DNA of 64,000 bases from Mytilus californianus (taxonomy: Eukaryota). Of the stretch, positions 33,401-45,667 are shown one piece after another (position 1 is the stretch's first letter; every line of letters starts with the position of its first letter). The notes below the pieces were generated by a model. It worked only from the letters and a program-made list of their open reading frames with translations. It was not told the origin of the DNA and did not search any database. Made by a program: the position numbers and the translations under genes. The stretch is taken from NCBI RefSeq assembly GCF_021869535.1, contig NW_026262604.1, positions 24,924,001 through 24,988,000 of the forward strand. Reading direction: 5' to 3'.

Positions 33401-36400
33401 TATCGTAAGTTGTTCATTTACATAATGAATATACATATTACAAACATATAAAGATGACTTAGTTGCAGTTTTCCGTTTAGTCTGACATACTTGAAGTACA
33501 TAGTAAAAGGAGAAAATTTTCACAAATATTGTTATATTATAAACTTCGATTGCAAAAATCGTCCTGCATTTTAAAAATAAATGTTCTTGAAAGTGCACAA
33601 GCTTTACAGTAGAGTAACTTATTGCATGTACAAAATAAACCAAAACTTTCCATTCTTTCTAAGTTCAGATTAGCGTGACGGTTAATGTATGCATAGCAAG
33701 AGAGGCATGTCTACTTGACTCACCCGGTCTCACTCAATTGAGGTTCCTGCAGCTTTTGCTCATCTTTATTTATATATTAAAAAATGAATTAACCAATTGT
33801 GAACGTCGATATAGTATTATTGTTCCCTCTTCAAAGCTGAAATCGCTTAACCATAATATCTTGCTATTTTGAATATATTTTCCAAAGTATTGTTTGCAAT
33901 CTAATAATTGATATTCAATATCAATAGTTTAAATTTGACATTATCTTCTGACTGGCTGCATTTGGCAATTATCCGGCTTTTTAAAATTCATACAGCTAAA
34001 AATCCGTCAAAGCAAGCTCTGTAAGACTCTGGTATTTTAATTTTACCGTTGTAAGGAGAATTTTTTATATAATCTAAGATAAACTTCAACCGAAAAGGCA
34101 GTTTAAGGATCTAATTTATACAATATCTATTTCAGTTTAGTAGGTTAATTTTTTGTTTGCTAAAATAAATGGTAGGTGACAAATAACTCATGCATTTCAG
34201 AACTAAAACTAGTTAACTTTTTCTGAAAAATTTGAAATAAAGTGTTTTTATATGTTCTATCGAAATATACATGATATACAAAGAAAGATACCTAATTGAC
34301 TTACTTTGCAAGATATTTCAATTTGAAACGTATGTTTCATGTAAAAACGCAAATTTGAATTTTTCCTTAAAAAATAACATAACTTTATACCAGAAAGAGA
34401 TATTTCACCATTCTTTTGTTCGACTGCGTGATCAGCTTTACACTTAGGTAATGATTTGCAATGGTATTTTTAAATACAATTTCAAAACAACTTCATGAAA
34501 TATGCTTAAGAAAGAACTGCGACTTTAGGTTAGATATGCGATGAACGTAACAAAAATACTATATATATATATCATGTTGGGGAGTGGTTTTATAAATGTT
34601 TAAGGGTTTGCAACTGCTAAACTTCACATTTTTGAAAATCAGTCAGTCGTACTTAATTATGTCAGACGTGTAATGTTTTAACCGTTTTATTAAAACATGA
34701 TATTGATAATTGGACATCAATGAATTGTGTTATAACTGAAATTCAATCGTGCAATCTCGGGTGCAACAATTCCTAAGAAGGTATTAAACACCATGCATAC
34801 CTCATATCTTGTAATAATATATATAGAATGTTTCCAACAAATAGAAGATACTTATGTTTGCTTCGCATCACGTGCCGAAGCTAATAGTTACAATCGATGC
34901 ATACGCCATCTTGAAACTATTACTGAACAAAAGTTAGTTATTATTGGTTGCTTATTCGTGTGGCTAAGATTTTATTGGCTTGGATGATTTCTTAAATTAG
35001 GACCACGTCAGGTAGAGAAGAAAAATCTATATATGGCCGGTCTTACAGTAAGGGTATTTGAGACCTATTTGATGAATAAGTATTTTTGGATAAGCGCTGA
35101 AAGTCAAAATTGATATATTGATCATTACGCATGTCATTATTTCATTTGTTTTAACCAGTAATACACGGTTAGTCTATTTACATTATTTCGTATTGGCTAT
35201 GTGTATGTTGTTTATACCATATTATCAGTCTTTTTATATAATACACGAAAATGATGCTAATGTTCACTGATGTGTTTATTCGATGCTGATTGGTATGTAA
35301 TTATTAGATATGTATTTGTTAAAAAAGAGGGGCGAAAGATACCAGAGGGACATTTAAACTCATAAATCAAAAATAAACTGACAAAGCCATGGCTAAAATA
35401 GAAAAAGACAAACAGACTAACAATAGTACACAAAACACAACATAGAAAACTAAAGACTAAGCAACACGAACCTCACCAAAAACTGGGGGTGATCTCAGGT
35501 GCTCCGGAAGGGTAAGCAGTGATTTGTTAAACTTATCACATTATACAAGTTAGAAAGTGTAGGTCTAAAACAGCACTTTAAATAATCAAAACAAAAAAAC
35601 AACAAACCACACACCAGTATATAGCATCAACGTTAAGTTGATTCCCTCGTAACATGGTTAATTTAAAGCATATATATATTGGTAACTCTCGATGTGTATT
35701 TCATGTGATTATAAAGTCGACAGTACCAATCTACTTGTACCTGACAGAAATAATTTAATTCATTAGAGAGAGTTAAAATATCCAGTCAGAATTAACGGTA
35801 TCGCGTACCAATCTAATCAAGAGGATCCTTTGTCTAAAGAATAGTTTGTTAGAGTAACTTTTTAATGTTAAATTATCCTCTCACCTGTACTTATTCGTGA
35901 TCCTTTTAACAGGGCCTTTACCATGTTTTTGTATCATTTTATTAATAAAAATGTAATTCAAACTAAAATAAAAGTATATGAAAATGATATAAATAAGGAA
36001 AATAATAAATACTTCTGAAAAGAAATGCGAACTATCGTTTTATCTACAAAATACAGATAATACAAAAACTAAAGCTGACGTTTATTTGTGATACTTGAGG
36101 CACTCTATACCTTTTTGAAAAATGTTAAACTTGTAAAGCCTTTAATTTGTTATGACTTGACCTGCAATATGAGTGAGACGGCCATGAAACCAACGATGCT
36201 ATTAAAGTAGTCAATAACATTTTCGTGTATATAAAGAACCGAAGACTACGAAGATTGTTCTTGTTAAATCATCATCCAATGTACAATAATTACTAAAATA
36301 ATTTTATGTAATACGTCTTATAATAATATATAAAAATAACAATTTGTTAATTGATTGATTTATTCATTTGTCGATTGTGTATAAAAAAAGTGCATTAACA

Positions 36401-39156
36401 AAAATACCAAACCCCAACGAAAATTCAAAACGGAAAGTCCCTTATCAAATGGCAAAATCAAAAGCTCAAATAGATCAAACGAATGGAAAACGACTATCAT
36501 TTTTCTGACTTGGTACAGGCATTTCCTTATGTAGAAAATGTTGGACTAAACCTGGTTTAATAGCGTGTTAAACTTCTCACTTCTCACTTAAATGACGGTT
36601 GCATACCTGTCAAACTGTCATACCATGTAATACACTGTGTGTTTAGCTTAAGTTGGCATCAGCGAGTTACGTAATGACATTATAAATAGGGGGTGATCTC
36701 AGGTGCTAAAAGACTAATTATATTTTTTTAGTTCTGTATCATCCTTAATTAATATTGTCTATATTGACAACGCCATGACAAAAAAAAAGATCAAAAGACA
36801 AACAACAGTATACGAAATACAACATACATATAGAAAAATAAAAACGGAGCAACACGAATCAAAAAAAAATATACCCGTGGGGTGATCTCAGGTGCCCCGG
36901 AAACATATGTTTTAATTGTTTTTGATGGTATATTCTTACTATTACGGAATCACGACCATTCCGAACAAAATTCTTAAATGCTTAAGATGTTCTTGAAATA
37001 TGCAATATTTGAAATTACGATTGATGGCTTGTGTCCTTTGCCAAAATACTCGTTATCTTTTTTCAAAAATAGAATAATTGAGAAATAGTCGCATATACAT
37101 ATAACTACTGAATCTAGTGTGATAAGATATTTTTCTTCTCGAAACACTTAATTTTCAGTATTTTAAACGCTAGGTAACCGAGCGTTCTAAACATTTAAAA
37201 GGTAACTGCGGTGAGTAGAGAAATACCATATCACACGGGATACGGTGGTGATATACAGATTCTACAACAACATCGAGTGTGATACAATTATTCTCCAGTC
37301 AATGCAGTTAAACTTTCAAATTCAAAACGCAAAGCCTGCCAAGACGATATTTAGGATACCATCTTTCTTTTGAAAGAATGTAAAAAAAGTACGTGACCAT
37401 GTTCCTTCTAAGAGACATAAACAGGCATAGTCGTCATGTTCGTTAACGCCAAACAAAGGAAACAAGGGGGAATTAAGAAATATGACGTCATAATTACATT
37501 AACGAAAATCTGAGATCAACCTAGCGCTTCGTTAATTATCAACAAATAATCAACCTATCGAGAAAAGTCTCGAATAAAAATTTGAGAAATATTTTTTCAC
37601 TGATGTTGGTTTGATAATATCTAGGCAAGTTTATCTCTTTTTTCAATTATTTAGAAAGATATTATGTTCCTGAAGTCAGGAAATATAAGACATGGTCGCA
37701 TAGTTTGTTGTGACGTCATAATAGTGAAATCATAGGAACGTATACATATATTGCGTAATCAATTGTGAAAAAAGTACTATAGAGTTCGTTGAGTGCAAAA
37801 ATCAACTAGGAATTAGAGAAATCAATTTTATTGTTATTGATTATAATATTTTCACGTGTTTGTTTCTTATTTTTCAGAGACCGCCCCAAGCGTTCAACAC
37901 TTTATTCAGCATCCAACCAATATCAGATATGGTGATACAGTTACAATCCAATGCGTTGTCACAGGAAATCCTAAGCCATCAATAGATTTCTTATATAAGG
38001 TAAATACTTTTGTCTTTCATCTCAATTACACATAAAAATCGTATAATGTATTTAACAGTGGATATTTGAATAATGATTTGAAAAATGTTATTTTTATTTT
38101 TGAGGGGGGAGGGGTGCAGAAAAGGAGACAAAACATATCCCGTTCAAACACGAGTTTCAAAATGACAATTTTCCATTAATTTCAAATTAATTGATGACCT
38201 TCATGATTTGATAATTTTTTTGTCATACTGCTGTCCCATTCATAAAACATTATTCATATTATACTCATGTGCATCAAATTCGTGTATTTGAACCAATATG
38301 CCCTTAGTTATTTGGTACATGTACATATACATTGTATGTGTTGATTTGATAATACTGTGTATTAGTCAAACATCTATGTACATTCTAGTTCAAATTGAAT
38401 ATCAACATGTTTCCTTAAAAGTGCAATATCAAATGGTATGAGCCTGGTATCGTTAATGATTTTTTATACGTGAATGAATAGACATTAAGGATAAAAGAGA
38501 CCTCAAAATAGCTTCCAAAAAATTATCAGACAATTACATTTTCTACTGAGTAAAGAAAAACGTGCCATTGAAAATCATGTTTTTTGTAATAAGTATTATA
38601 TAAACATGTTATACTTATTGGAGATGCATCTAAAATATAGATAAAGAGACTCTGTGTTATTTTCTTTTAAAGACCACTCATTACAAGTTACAGGATACAT
38701 TCATACGCACTCTTCGAGCAATTTTCAAAGCTTTCGATATTTAGTTTCCAATAGCTATTAAAGACACATTTAAACACAAATTGCACTGAAAAAGATAAAT
38801 ATCCAACAAAGAGAAAACCTTCGGATAATTATCATTTGTTTTCGGCCAACTCTGATCACAGTTTGATGGTTATGATGATATTTGATTGTATTTTAATCCA
38901 TATATGAGACTTAATGATCAGGTTAATATCTAAGTTTAAGGTATTAAATTCTCTTGACTACTATTTTAACATGTAGTAAATTTATATAATATATCTGCAG
39001 GGTAGAAGATTGAGCTCAAACGCGGTAGTAGATCAGACTGTTCTTACAATAACGAACTTTTTACCTCATGAAGACGGCGATTACAGATGTGTTGCCACAA
39101 ACTCATTGGGTGATGATCATAAAGATTTCCACTTACAGGGACATTATATTCTTTAA
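15395..39156 (+). CDS. Gene B (complete, 301 aa), spliced: join(15395..15404,18026..18070,21665..21744,21931..22002,23476..23593,25578..25675,27641..27712,32074..32206,37878..37999,39001..39156). Signal peptide + LU-like x2 + Thr-rich linker + I-set-like Ig, predicted secreted
   Basis: The exons total 906 nt in one open frame starting MAKISNLIVCFYLVKSVTYA-IRCLQC. All introns are GT-AG, and AATAAA lies at 39170-39175. The first two exons are less certain than the rest. Confidence 0.88.
16339..16488. mobile_element. 150-bp palindromic MITE-like element
   Basis: agacaataactgtttagtgtctttaaatatca ... tgatatttaaagacactaaacagttattgtct inverted repeat. Confidence 0.8.
16562..16721. mobile_element. 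160-bp imperfect palindromic element (possibly Crypton-related non-autonomous type)
   Basis: ~70-bp inverted arms around a gcgaggctatgccgagc loop; a similar design occurs at 37117-37236. Confidence 0.6.
18026..18070 (+). CDS. Gene B signal-peptide exon: (I)SNLIVCFYLVKSVT(Y)
   Basis: T-tract+ag acceptor, gtaagt donor, phase 1-1, hydrophobic core. Confidence 0.78.
18097..21490. repeat. Composite higher-order repeat: three units (starts 18097, 19272, 20199), each a ~550-bp body plus a variable array of a ~65-bp minisatellite
   Basis: tgtactagtgttatac marks each unit start; the monomer is aaatcaaacacaaaatgtgtggcactataattaac...; unit lengths are 1175, 927 and ~1290. Confidence 0.9.
21665..21744 (+). 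CDS. Gene B exon a: AIRCLQCNSMTQPFDCTHVSECGRNE
   Basis: ttttag|...|gtaatt, phase 1-0, 15 of 26 residues identical to A exon a. Confidence 0.92.
21931..22002 (+). CDS. Gene B exon b: ECYLEKYVTSDGIMLYDVGCTASQ
   Basis: actttcag|...|gttagt, phase 0-0. Confidence 0.92.
22358..22587. mobile_element. 230-bp MITE-like element with imperfect 17-bp TIRs and internal tgatta repeats
   Basis: atgagcctcctcatggg ... cccatgaggggcctcat. Confidence 0.55.
23029..23418. mobile_element. 390-bp MITE with GGATGTTCGCTCCTCT TIRs and TTAA target-site duplication (Kolobok/piggyBac-type signature)
   Basis: TTAA|GG...CC|TTAA; other copies at 30968-31357, 57088-57221 (deleted) and an end fragment at ~8660-8724. Confidence 0.88.
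23476..23593 (+). CDS. Gene B exon c: LCTTSNKPFGKRASIGTNICSVCCNDKDVCNIDGYCGAE
   Basis: ttcttcag|...|gtatgt, phase 0-1. Confidence 0.92.
25063..25312 (+). mobile_element. Short Helentron/HINE-like non-autonomous element
   Basis: ttaatgcccc...ggggcatta 5' inverted repeat, (CGTT)n microsatellite and T-run insertion site; a 5'-truncated relative is at ~28350-28510. Confidence 0.6.
25578..25675 (+). CDS. Gene B exon d: FVPPTGSNLCYKCHLSGRPDSCHQLTLCDQTS
   Basis: tttctag|...|gtaagt, phase 1-0. Confidence 0.92.
26510..26760 (-). mobile_element. tRNA-derived SINE-like repeat, head partially duplicated at ~26965-27050
   Basis: The reverse strand has A-box GGTCGAGTGG and B-box GGTTCGAATGCC but no complete cloverleaf. 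Confidence 0.55.
27641..27712 (+). CDS. Gene B exon e: VCSLQQVTNILGHTRWEHGCVKKA
   Basis: ttgttttag|...|gtatgt, phase 0-0. Confidence 0.92.
28732..28838 (-). mobile_element. V-domain-like SINE 3' fragment
   Basis: Reverse complement of the ttctccgggcactccggcttcctccaccaataaaa core also seen at 63095-63304. Confidence 0.65.
28950..30777 (+). mobile_element. ~1.8-kb Helentron/HINE-like element with internal ~500-bp tandem repeats
   Basis: 5' ttttagctcacctgg...gtgagc, (GTC)n microsatellite, 3' caaggtgagcg plus short hairpin; repeat starts at 29053, 29555 and 30055. Confidence 0.8.
30968..31357. mobile_element. 390-bp TTAA MITE, second full copy
   Basis: Same TIRs and TSD as 23029-23418. Confidence 0.88.
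32074..32206 (+). CDS. Gene B exon f: LCSSISQHGGCSYCCDSQLCNNNCSITHSVITSPTIASTTTTGQ
   Basis: attttcag|...|gtaagt, phase 0-1; overlaps track ORF 31924..32241. Confidence 0.92.
32260..33297 (+). mobile_element. 5'-truncated Penelope-like retroelement: RT C-terminus (32260-32725) plus 3' terminal repeat region
   Basis: FRYIDDVLS (catalytic YIDD 32266-32277), one frameshift, then ...SFLDLYLEFD...IYDKRDD...NFP...PAYGIYISQL..YSRAC...RKLMNQGY...KF.GRY..LVDKY* open to TAG 32723-32725. Confidence 0.88.
35325..35518 (-). mobile_element. Penelope-like terminal fragment
   Basis: Near-consensus match to 56760-56967 in reverse. Confidence 0.75.
37878..37999 (+). CDS. Gene B Ig exon 1: TAPSVQHFIQHPTNIRYGDTVTIQCVVTGNPKPSIDFLYK
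   Basis: ttttcag|...|gtaaat, 122 nt, 28 of 40 residues identical to A. Confidence 0.93.
39001..39156 (+). CDS. Gene B Ig exon 2 (terminal): GRRLSSNAVVDQTVLTITNFLPHEDGDYRCVATNSLGDDHKDFHLQGHYIL*
   Basis: atctgcag acceptor, I-set F-strand motif, stop then AATAAA. Confidence 0.93.
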   Translation, partial: GRRLSSNAVVDQTVLTITNFLPHEDGDYRCVATNSLGDDHKDFHLQGHYIL

Positions 39157-39778
39157 TTGGTTGTTTTAAAATAAATGAAATGATATGAGATAACCTTTGT
39201 AAAATAGTTCGAATTCTTAGCTTAACGTTATCGACTCAATTCATAATTGGTGATCACTACAAGACGCCAAAACAAATGCACCAATGTACATAACAACACA
39301 TGTATACATAATAATAGTCAAATGAATATTTCGTGTAAACTGTCTAGGAGTTAAAAGCAAGTAACAACTGACAATCAATCAGACTCTACACTCGGAGCAC
39401 TTGTGAATTGTCATATATAAAATGTCATCAAATAAAGGCTTGAACTTTACCGTTCACGTGTTGTTTTTTTTTTGCATATACTAAATAAGAAGGCAATATA
39501 ATCACACTCGTAATCATGCTGTCAAATACATCTAAAAGAAAAAATAAGCATTTGATGTAAATAGGTGACTTAGAATATTAAGAAATTGTGTGGGTTTTTT
39601 TTCTACTCTATCTCTCTCTAGCCAATTTCGGAGTATTTAGAGCAATCTTAGACGGATTTAAATCCAATAATGTAATTACTCTTTATTTCAATGTTAAACA
39701 GTTCTTTAATTCAAATTGTACAACAATTCACTCATTCCAAAGGACAAGGAGTGAGCGTAGCTAATATTATATACTTAA

Positions 39779-40150
39779 AAATAAGAAGATGTGGTATGAG
39801 TGCCAATGAGACAACTATCCACCCAAGTCACAATGTGTAAAAAGTAAACAATTATTACAGGTCAAAGAACGGCCTTCAACACGGATCCTTGGCTCACACC
39901 GAACAGCTAGCTATAAAGTGCACCAAAATGACTAGTGTAAAACAACTCAAACAGGAGAATTAAGGGTCTAATCTATATAAAAAACGAGAAACACTTATGA
40001 ACCACACCCACAAACGACAACCACTGAACAACAGGCGCCTGACTTAGGACAGGTGCATAAAAATGCAGCGGGTTTTAACAGGCGCCAACCTTCACCCTAA
40101 CCTTAAACAGTGGTATAACATTACAACATAAAGAGACACACAATAAAATA
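39779..40150 (+). mobile_element. Abundant interspersed repeat (aagaagatgtggtatgattgccaatgagacaac family)
   Basis: Many copies in the window, e.g. ~46311-46540, ~48935-49170 (-), ~54420-54518 (-) and ~63312-63600 (-). Confidence 0.7.
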
Positions 40151-40435
40151 TCAATTGAAATGGCTGAACTCGATCAAAAAGACAATAAAAAAAACAAGTA
40201 AATATAGACTGAACGAATAAGTTTGATCTATGACACAATATATATAAAAAAGATTTTTTAATGTCAAAAAGACAACTTTAACCTAGGACAAAATGGCGTT
40301 AAGTAAAGTAACGTACACAGGTAAATTTAAATATAATAATTTTGGTGTTAGGAATACATTTTGTATACTTACATCCTGTTATTTGATGCTGTCATCAGGA
40401 TAACTCTCATAAGGTTTCCTTGAATATTTTTTATT

Positions 40436-40545
40436 TATAATGATCTGCAAAAGTTTCTTATCTGCATCCGACTTCATCTGATTGGCTGCATCCGATGTCA
40501 CCTGATTGGATGTATCCGATGTCACCTGGTTGGATGCATCCGGAA
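40436..40545 (-). repeat. 24-bp CCAAT-containing repeat, about 3 units plus the same 3' flank as 12404-12575
   Basis: Reverse-complement match including the gatgcagataag.(a/c)acttttgcag flank. Confidence 0.85.
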
Positions 40546-41626
40546 TATTTACAGAAAATCAAAATCCAAACAATATACAATATGCAAACAATTACTATAT
40601 GTACTAACAGCTTACATAATATCAAGGTTCTTGTTTAAACTCTAGCTTTACTGTTAGAGAAGTAAGCTGCACAATATGTCCTGCAGTTTGCATTTCATCC
40701 AGATGCGACAAGGTTCAACTTCTTGTCATTCGTGGAATATTTAACGAAAATCGAAATCATGATTATAACCACATCTTTTTCAATATTTTTACTGCTACCC
40801 TGCTTTAACCAAAGCTCTAACTTAAAATCTGTTGGAGGAGTAAGCTGAACAAAACTTGGATCCTAAGTGGGGCGAACGGGAGAACAGATAGACATCAGCG
40901 GTATATGAATATGACCACACAACATTTGTCGCAGCTGCCCTAAAAAAAACAATTCATTTACAGGAAAGACGTGTCCATCAAAAAGGTCATGTTAACTGTG
41001 ACTTTATAACAGAATAATAATACTCAGCTGATATCAATGTACCATACTGAAACTTCAATGCCATCCTTAGCTAATATCACCAGTAAACGAATTTTAGTCT
41101 TGCACGGTGACTTTGAACATCATCTGAAAAGTCTGCAGCTAAACATGTTTAGTCTTGCTAAGAGTTTTTAAGTTTAATTTCATATATTTTCTTGCTGTGA
41201 ATTCAGCTGAAAAAATGTTTAGACATGTTGATGGCAGTCAATCCAGTACTGTTCTATACCTTTTCAGACAATTCAGTATGTTGTTGTTTCTTACAGGTAA
41301 ATGAAAGCTTCTGAAAAATCCGAACATAAACTTAACAGATCTGGATTTAGTGCAAGCGATTTGTTTTATGAGTACTTGACTTTAAGCAGTGGATCAGTCT
41401 GAAAATTAACTGAAAGACTAAACATAACTTAATGATTTATTGTTCCTTCTTTTTGGAGATGTTCAGATCAAAATGACCGTTTCACTTCACATTGGTTGAC
41501 AAGTCTATCTTGCCGTGTTATCACGGTTAGGGTATCATACCTTGGAGGTATTTAACCTTCGTATTGTTCTAAATATGAGCCAGCCAGTCTTTTCAAATAA
41601 TGTGATGTTTTATGAGAGGCGAAGGA

Positions 41627-42095
41627 TACCATAGGGACATTTAAACTCATAAGTCGAAAATAAACTGACAACGCCATGGCTAAAAAAGAAAAAGACAAAT
41701 AGACAAACAACTATACACAAAACACAACATAGAAAACCAAAGACTGAGCAACACAAACCCCACAAAAAACTGGTGGTGGTGGTGGTGGTGGGGGGGGGGG
41801 GGGGATCTCATGTGCTCCGGGAGGGTAAGCAGATCCTACTCCACATAAGGCACCCGTTTTGTTGCTCATGTTAGTACAAACCCGGTGATAAGTCTAATTC
41901 GGGGAAAAGGAGATGTGATTGTAGTTACGACAATTGGAACATATCCCTTGAAACGGATATTCCATAACGGTCAACCAGCTCGTGATGGGGTCCGTAAAAT
42001 TTACGAACGAACGATTTCAACTTCACCACCTGGAACTCTTGGTTTAATAGCTTCCTTGTGAGCAGCAACACTCTATCAAGGAAATCATAATAAGC
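41627..42095 (-). mobile_element. Penelope-like 3' fragment (RT tail + terminal region)
   Basis: Reverse of YDFLDR.LLLTRKLLNQEFQVVKLKS..RKFYG.HHELVDRY, colinear with 56488-56967. Confidence 0.82.
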
Positions 42096-43132
42096 ATACT
42101 TTCAAAAACAGAATTTTGATAGATTGATGTCAATTCAGCATTGTATGAACTGAATTGTCATAAAAGGTTTGGTTTCGGTGCAGTGTCCATTCGAGAAGGG
42201 TTTAAAATTTCAAAACCCTCACATTATTCAGAATACGAATCGGCCAGTCTTTTATCGTAATGGCATAATAGTAATGTTTTTGTAATGCTATTAAACCATG
42301 CTATTGTTATTCTGACATCAACATGATCAATTTATCATGCTAAGTATCACATAGCAGTCAAATCATCCAAATGTGAAATTTAATCGTGTTGCATGTATCT
42401 AAGGGACAACACTTTCTAGAACGGTATTAAGCTGCAAACCCTGAGCAATATTTGTAACTCGCAGTTGTAATGATATAATGCTTAACACAAGTGATAGATA
42501 CGGACAACTCAGCCTTTGCTATGACACAACAGGAAAATGAAACCGAACAGTATAAGTGAGCTGGTCATGACACCAGAGAGACTGTTAAAGTAATAAGTAA
42601 CAATCATAATCATACATGTACATGTTTCGGAATTTAGTGTGACGTCCATTTTCACAGAAGTAGTACACATTTTTGTTTAGGGGCCAGTTGAAGCCCGCCT
42701 CAGGGTGCGTGATTTTCTCGCTGCGTTGCTGTTTTCTGCTTTTTGGTCGGGTTGTTGTCTCTTTGACACATATTCTCAATTTTACGTAACATGCTATGTG
42801 GTATGTTTTTGTTGGTCAGTTTTGAAGGCCGTATGTTAACCTATAGCTGTTAACTTATACATCATTTGGTCTCTTGTAGAAAGTAGTCTCCATGGCTATC
42901 ATACCACATTTTCTTATTTTTACAAAGAGAAAGTTTAGTTTAATATCATCATCTGATGATACTATAATTCATATTAGAAATTACGCTTTTGCTAAGTATG
43001 TCCCTTTTAAATTCAAAATATGCAAGGAAAGTGAAGAAATATTTTCTCGTCCAGAACATACTATCTGTTATGTATATCTATATCAAATATTTACATGCAT
43101 TTAATATAATGTTTAATTATATTGAGAATTGA

Positions 43133-43349
43133 CGGGTGCCACATGTGAACCAGGATCTGCATTTCTTTACAGAGAAACTGAGATCACCTCTCTGATTTTG
43201 ATGGGGTTCGTATAGTTCAGTCTTTTGTTTTCTATGTTTTGTTTTGTGTACTGTTGTTTGTGTTTACGTCGTTTTTCGATTTTTTCCAATAGCATTGTCA
43301 ATTTTTTTCGACTTATGATTTTTAATATCCCTTTGGTATCGTTCGCCTC
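43133..43349 (+). mobile_element. Penelope-like terminal fragment
   Basis: acgggtgccacatgtg...gagatcac...tggtatcgttcgcctc. Confidence 0.7.
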
Positions 43350-45584
43350 ATTATTAAACAGATGTTTAACGCGTACGTGACTGAATTCTGTGTTTAGAGA
43401 TTTGACCTTTGATATGACTTTCTATACAGTACAAAAATCTTTGAGAAATGCCTTTCGATGTCACACAAGTTACATTTTTATTTTGGTTTATTTTATAGAA
43501 ATCATACGGTATTTCTTCTTTTCTAACATTTAAAATCCATTTACTGTAAAGTAGAAAGATTAATCTATTCAGAATTAAATCGAGTATATGTAAACGTTGT
43601 ACGTTTTCTTTCTTCCTGTAACTTTGCGAGTTCCCTCCGTCGTTAATGAAAACCCTTCAATATATCAGACGAGGACAAGGTGTACAGATGATTGTTTAAG
43701 TATGTTATGGTATTATAGTCTCATCACCCTATATCATTAATCAACCAATTCCATGTGTAAAGGAACTGTATATCTGTCTTTACTAGATTAAGGTTATCAA
43801 AAGCAGAAGAACTTAAAACGGAAATAATTTGCTTGTATAACATGTTCGTATAAGATTAGGATGAACGGAGAAGGTATTAAAAGTCCACCTTTTTGACCCT
43901 TTCAATTTTAAGATCGAAAAGTATTATTAATCTACCAAATAACATGCAGATTTTCATGAGACGTTAGTCTAGCAAATATCAGTATTCATAGTTTTAAATT
44001 TTGTCTTATATATTCATGATATTGCATTAAGGCTTCAAACTTACAAAAATGTATTGTATTTGTCTCAAAACTGTTGAAACTGCAAAAGTAACCTCCATTT
44101 GAGGTTTTGTCATTAATATTTAGATACGACCAACAACTTTAAACAAAACGTTGTTAATGTGTGTCAAATATCTTTTGGAGTAAGGTCGTTGGTCATATCT
44201 ATTTAGTCAAAACCATAACTGTGTTAAATATTACTTTATGCTATATAGTTTTAGTTTTAGTTTACCAATTAAATTTTTTTTAAATTTGAAAGCAGTATTT
44301 TAGTATTTCGGAATTTTCAGGGGTCAAATAATGGTTCATAAATATACTTCCTCCTTATAACTATATAAAAAAATGTCATATAAGCCTTTCCCGACATTTC
44401 AGAATCTAATTCAATCTGGGTAATATTTTCAAAAGCGTACACCAAAACGCCGCAACGCGGCGATTAGCTTAAACGTCCCAAACACTTGAAATTCAACCAA
44501 TGTCGTGACGTTGTTTTCATTTAGGGATACAAATAATTAAATTACCCTTGGTCGTTTAGATTCTGAAACGTCGAACTGCTAAATAAATATATTTAAACTA
44601 CTATGATGCAACATTGTAAAATGTGCATTCCTTTTTACAGCTTTTCCTGGTACTGATTACAACAGTTTGTACGTATGAATTCGCCATTTCTAAATCTAAT
44701 GCATTATGGGTAATGTTTTCAAAAGCGTACAAAAACGTCCTCATCAAAGAGAGGCGACAGATACCATAGGGATCATATTCAAACTCATAAGTCGAAAACA
44801 AACTGACAATGCCATGGCAATAAACGAAAAACGACGATAAAACAAACAACATTATACATAACACAACATAAAAAACTATAAAAAAAGACTAAAAACTATA
44901 AATTCAAACTCTGACGTAATGTTATTTTTATTTTGGGGTACGAACGATAAAACTATACCTCACGGTTCTCTTGGTTCTAAAATGGCAAATTATAAACTAT
45001 CAATTAATTTGATTGCGACATTTCTTACGACACCTTGAACATATATGTGTATTAACAGAGAGTACTGCGACACCTGGCAACTACTTATGTTTCGGAATGT
45101 GTTTTATTTAAGAGTGTTTGTCTTCGCCAAAAATAAGTTCTTGCTTCTAAGAATGACAATTTTTTTACATCCTCGTCCTTGGGTCTTTGTTAACTTGTTT
45201 GTATCATTGGCATTCATACCACATCTCCTTATATTTATATATCATATTATTGTTTTTTAATTCACAATTAAATTACGCATACTACTTCGGTATAAATCCA
45301 GAAAAAATGATTTTTCAGTATTACGTAATTGAATGGTAGCCTGTCAATTATATCTTTTAAAAATAATTGCATGCGGTAATTTATGAATTTTCAATATTCG
45401 ATGAAGGCAACTGTAATTTCAAAATGTTGTTTATTTAAATTCAAAAAAAAAGAAAGAACAAGTTTGGGAAAACGGACAACGCTAATGAAAGAGAATGGAT
45501 TTAATTCGAACATTCGTATAAATCGTTGAAACAATCCAAAAAATATTTTTAATTGAATAAATCTTATTTGCGTGTGTTATATAG

Positions 45585-45667
45585 ACGCAGGACAACTTTG
45601 TTTGAACTGTAAAGCAGTACCCCAGCCTTTAGATTGTACTGATGTTGTGGAATGTGGGACTCACGAG
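45585..45667 (+). CDS. Gene C exon a: AGQLCLNCKAVPQPLDCTDVVECGTHE
   Basis: atatag| (or alternative gcag| 6 nt downstream, same phase) ...|gtaggc. Confidence 0.9.

Noticed and set aside
34827-34932. Exon-like ORF ECFQQIEDTYVCFASRAEANSYNRCIRHLETITEQ in B intron
   Set aside because: It ends in phase 2, incompatible with the phase-1 Ig exon, and has no counterpart in A or C
45059-45140. STATPGNYLCFGMC, resembling an LU start exon upstream of gene C
   Set aside because: Wrong Cys spacing, stops and no donor
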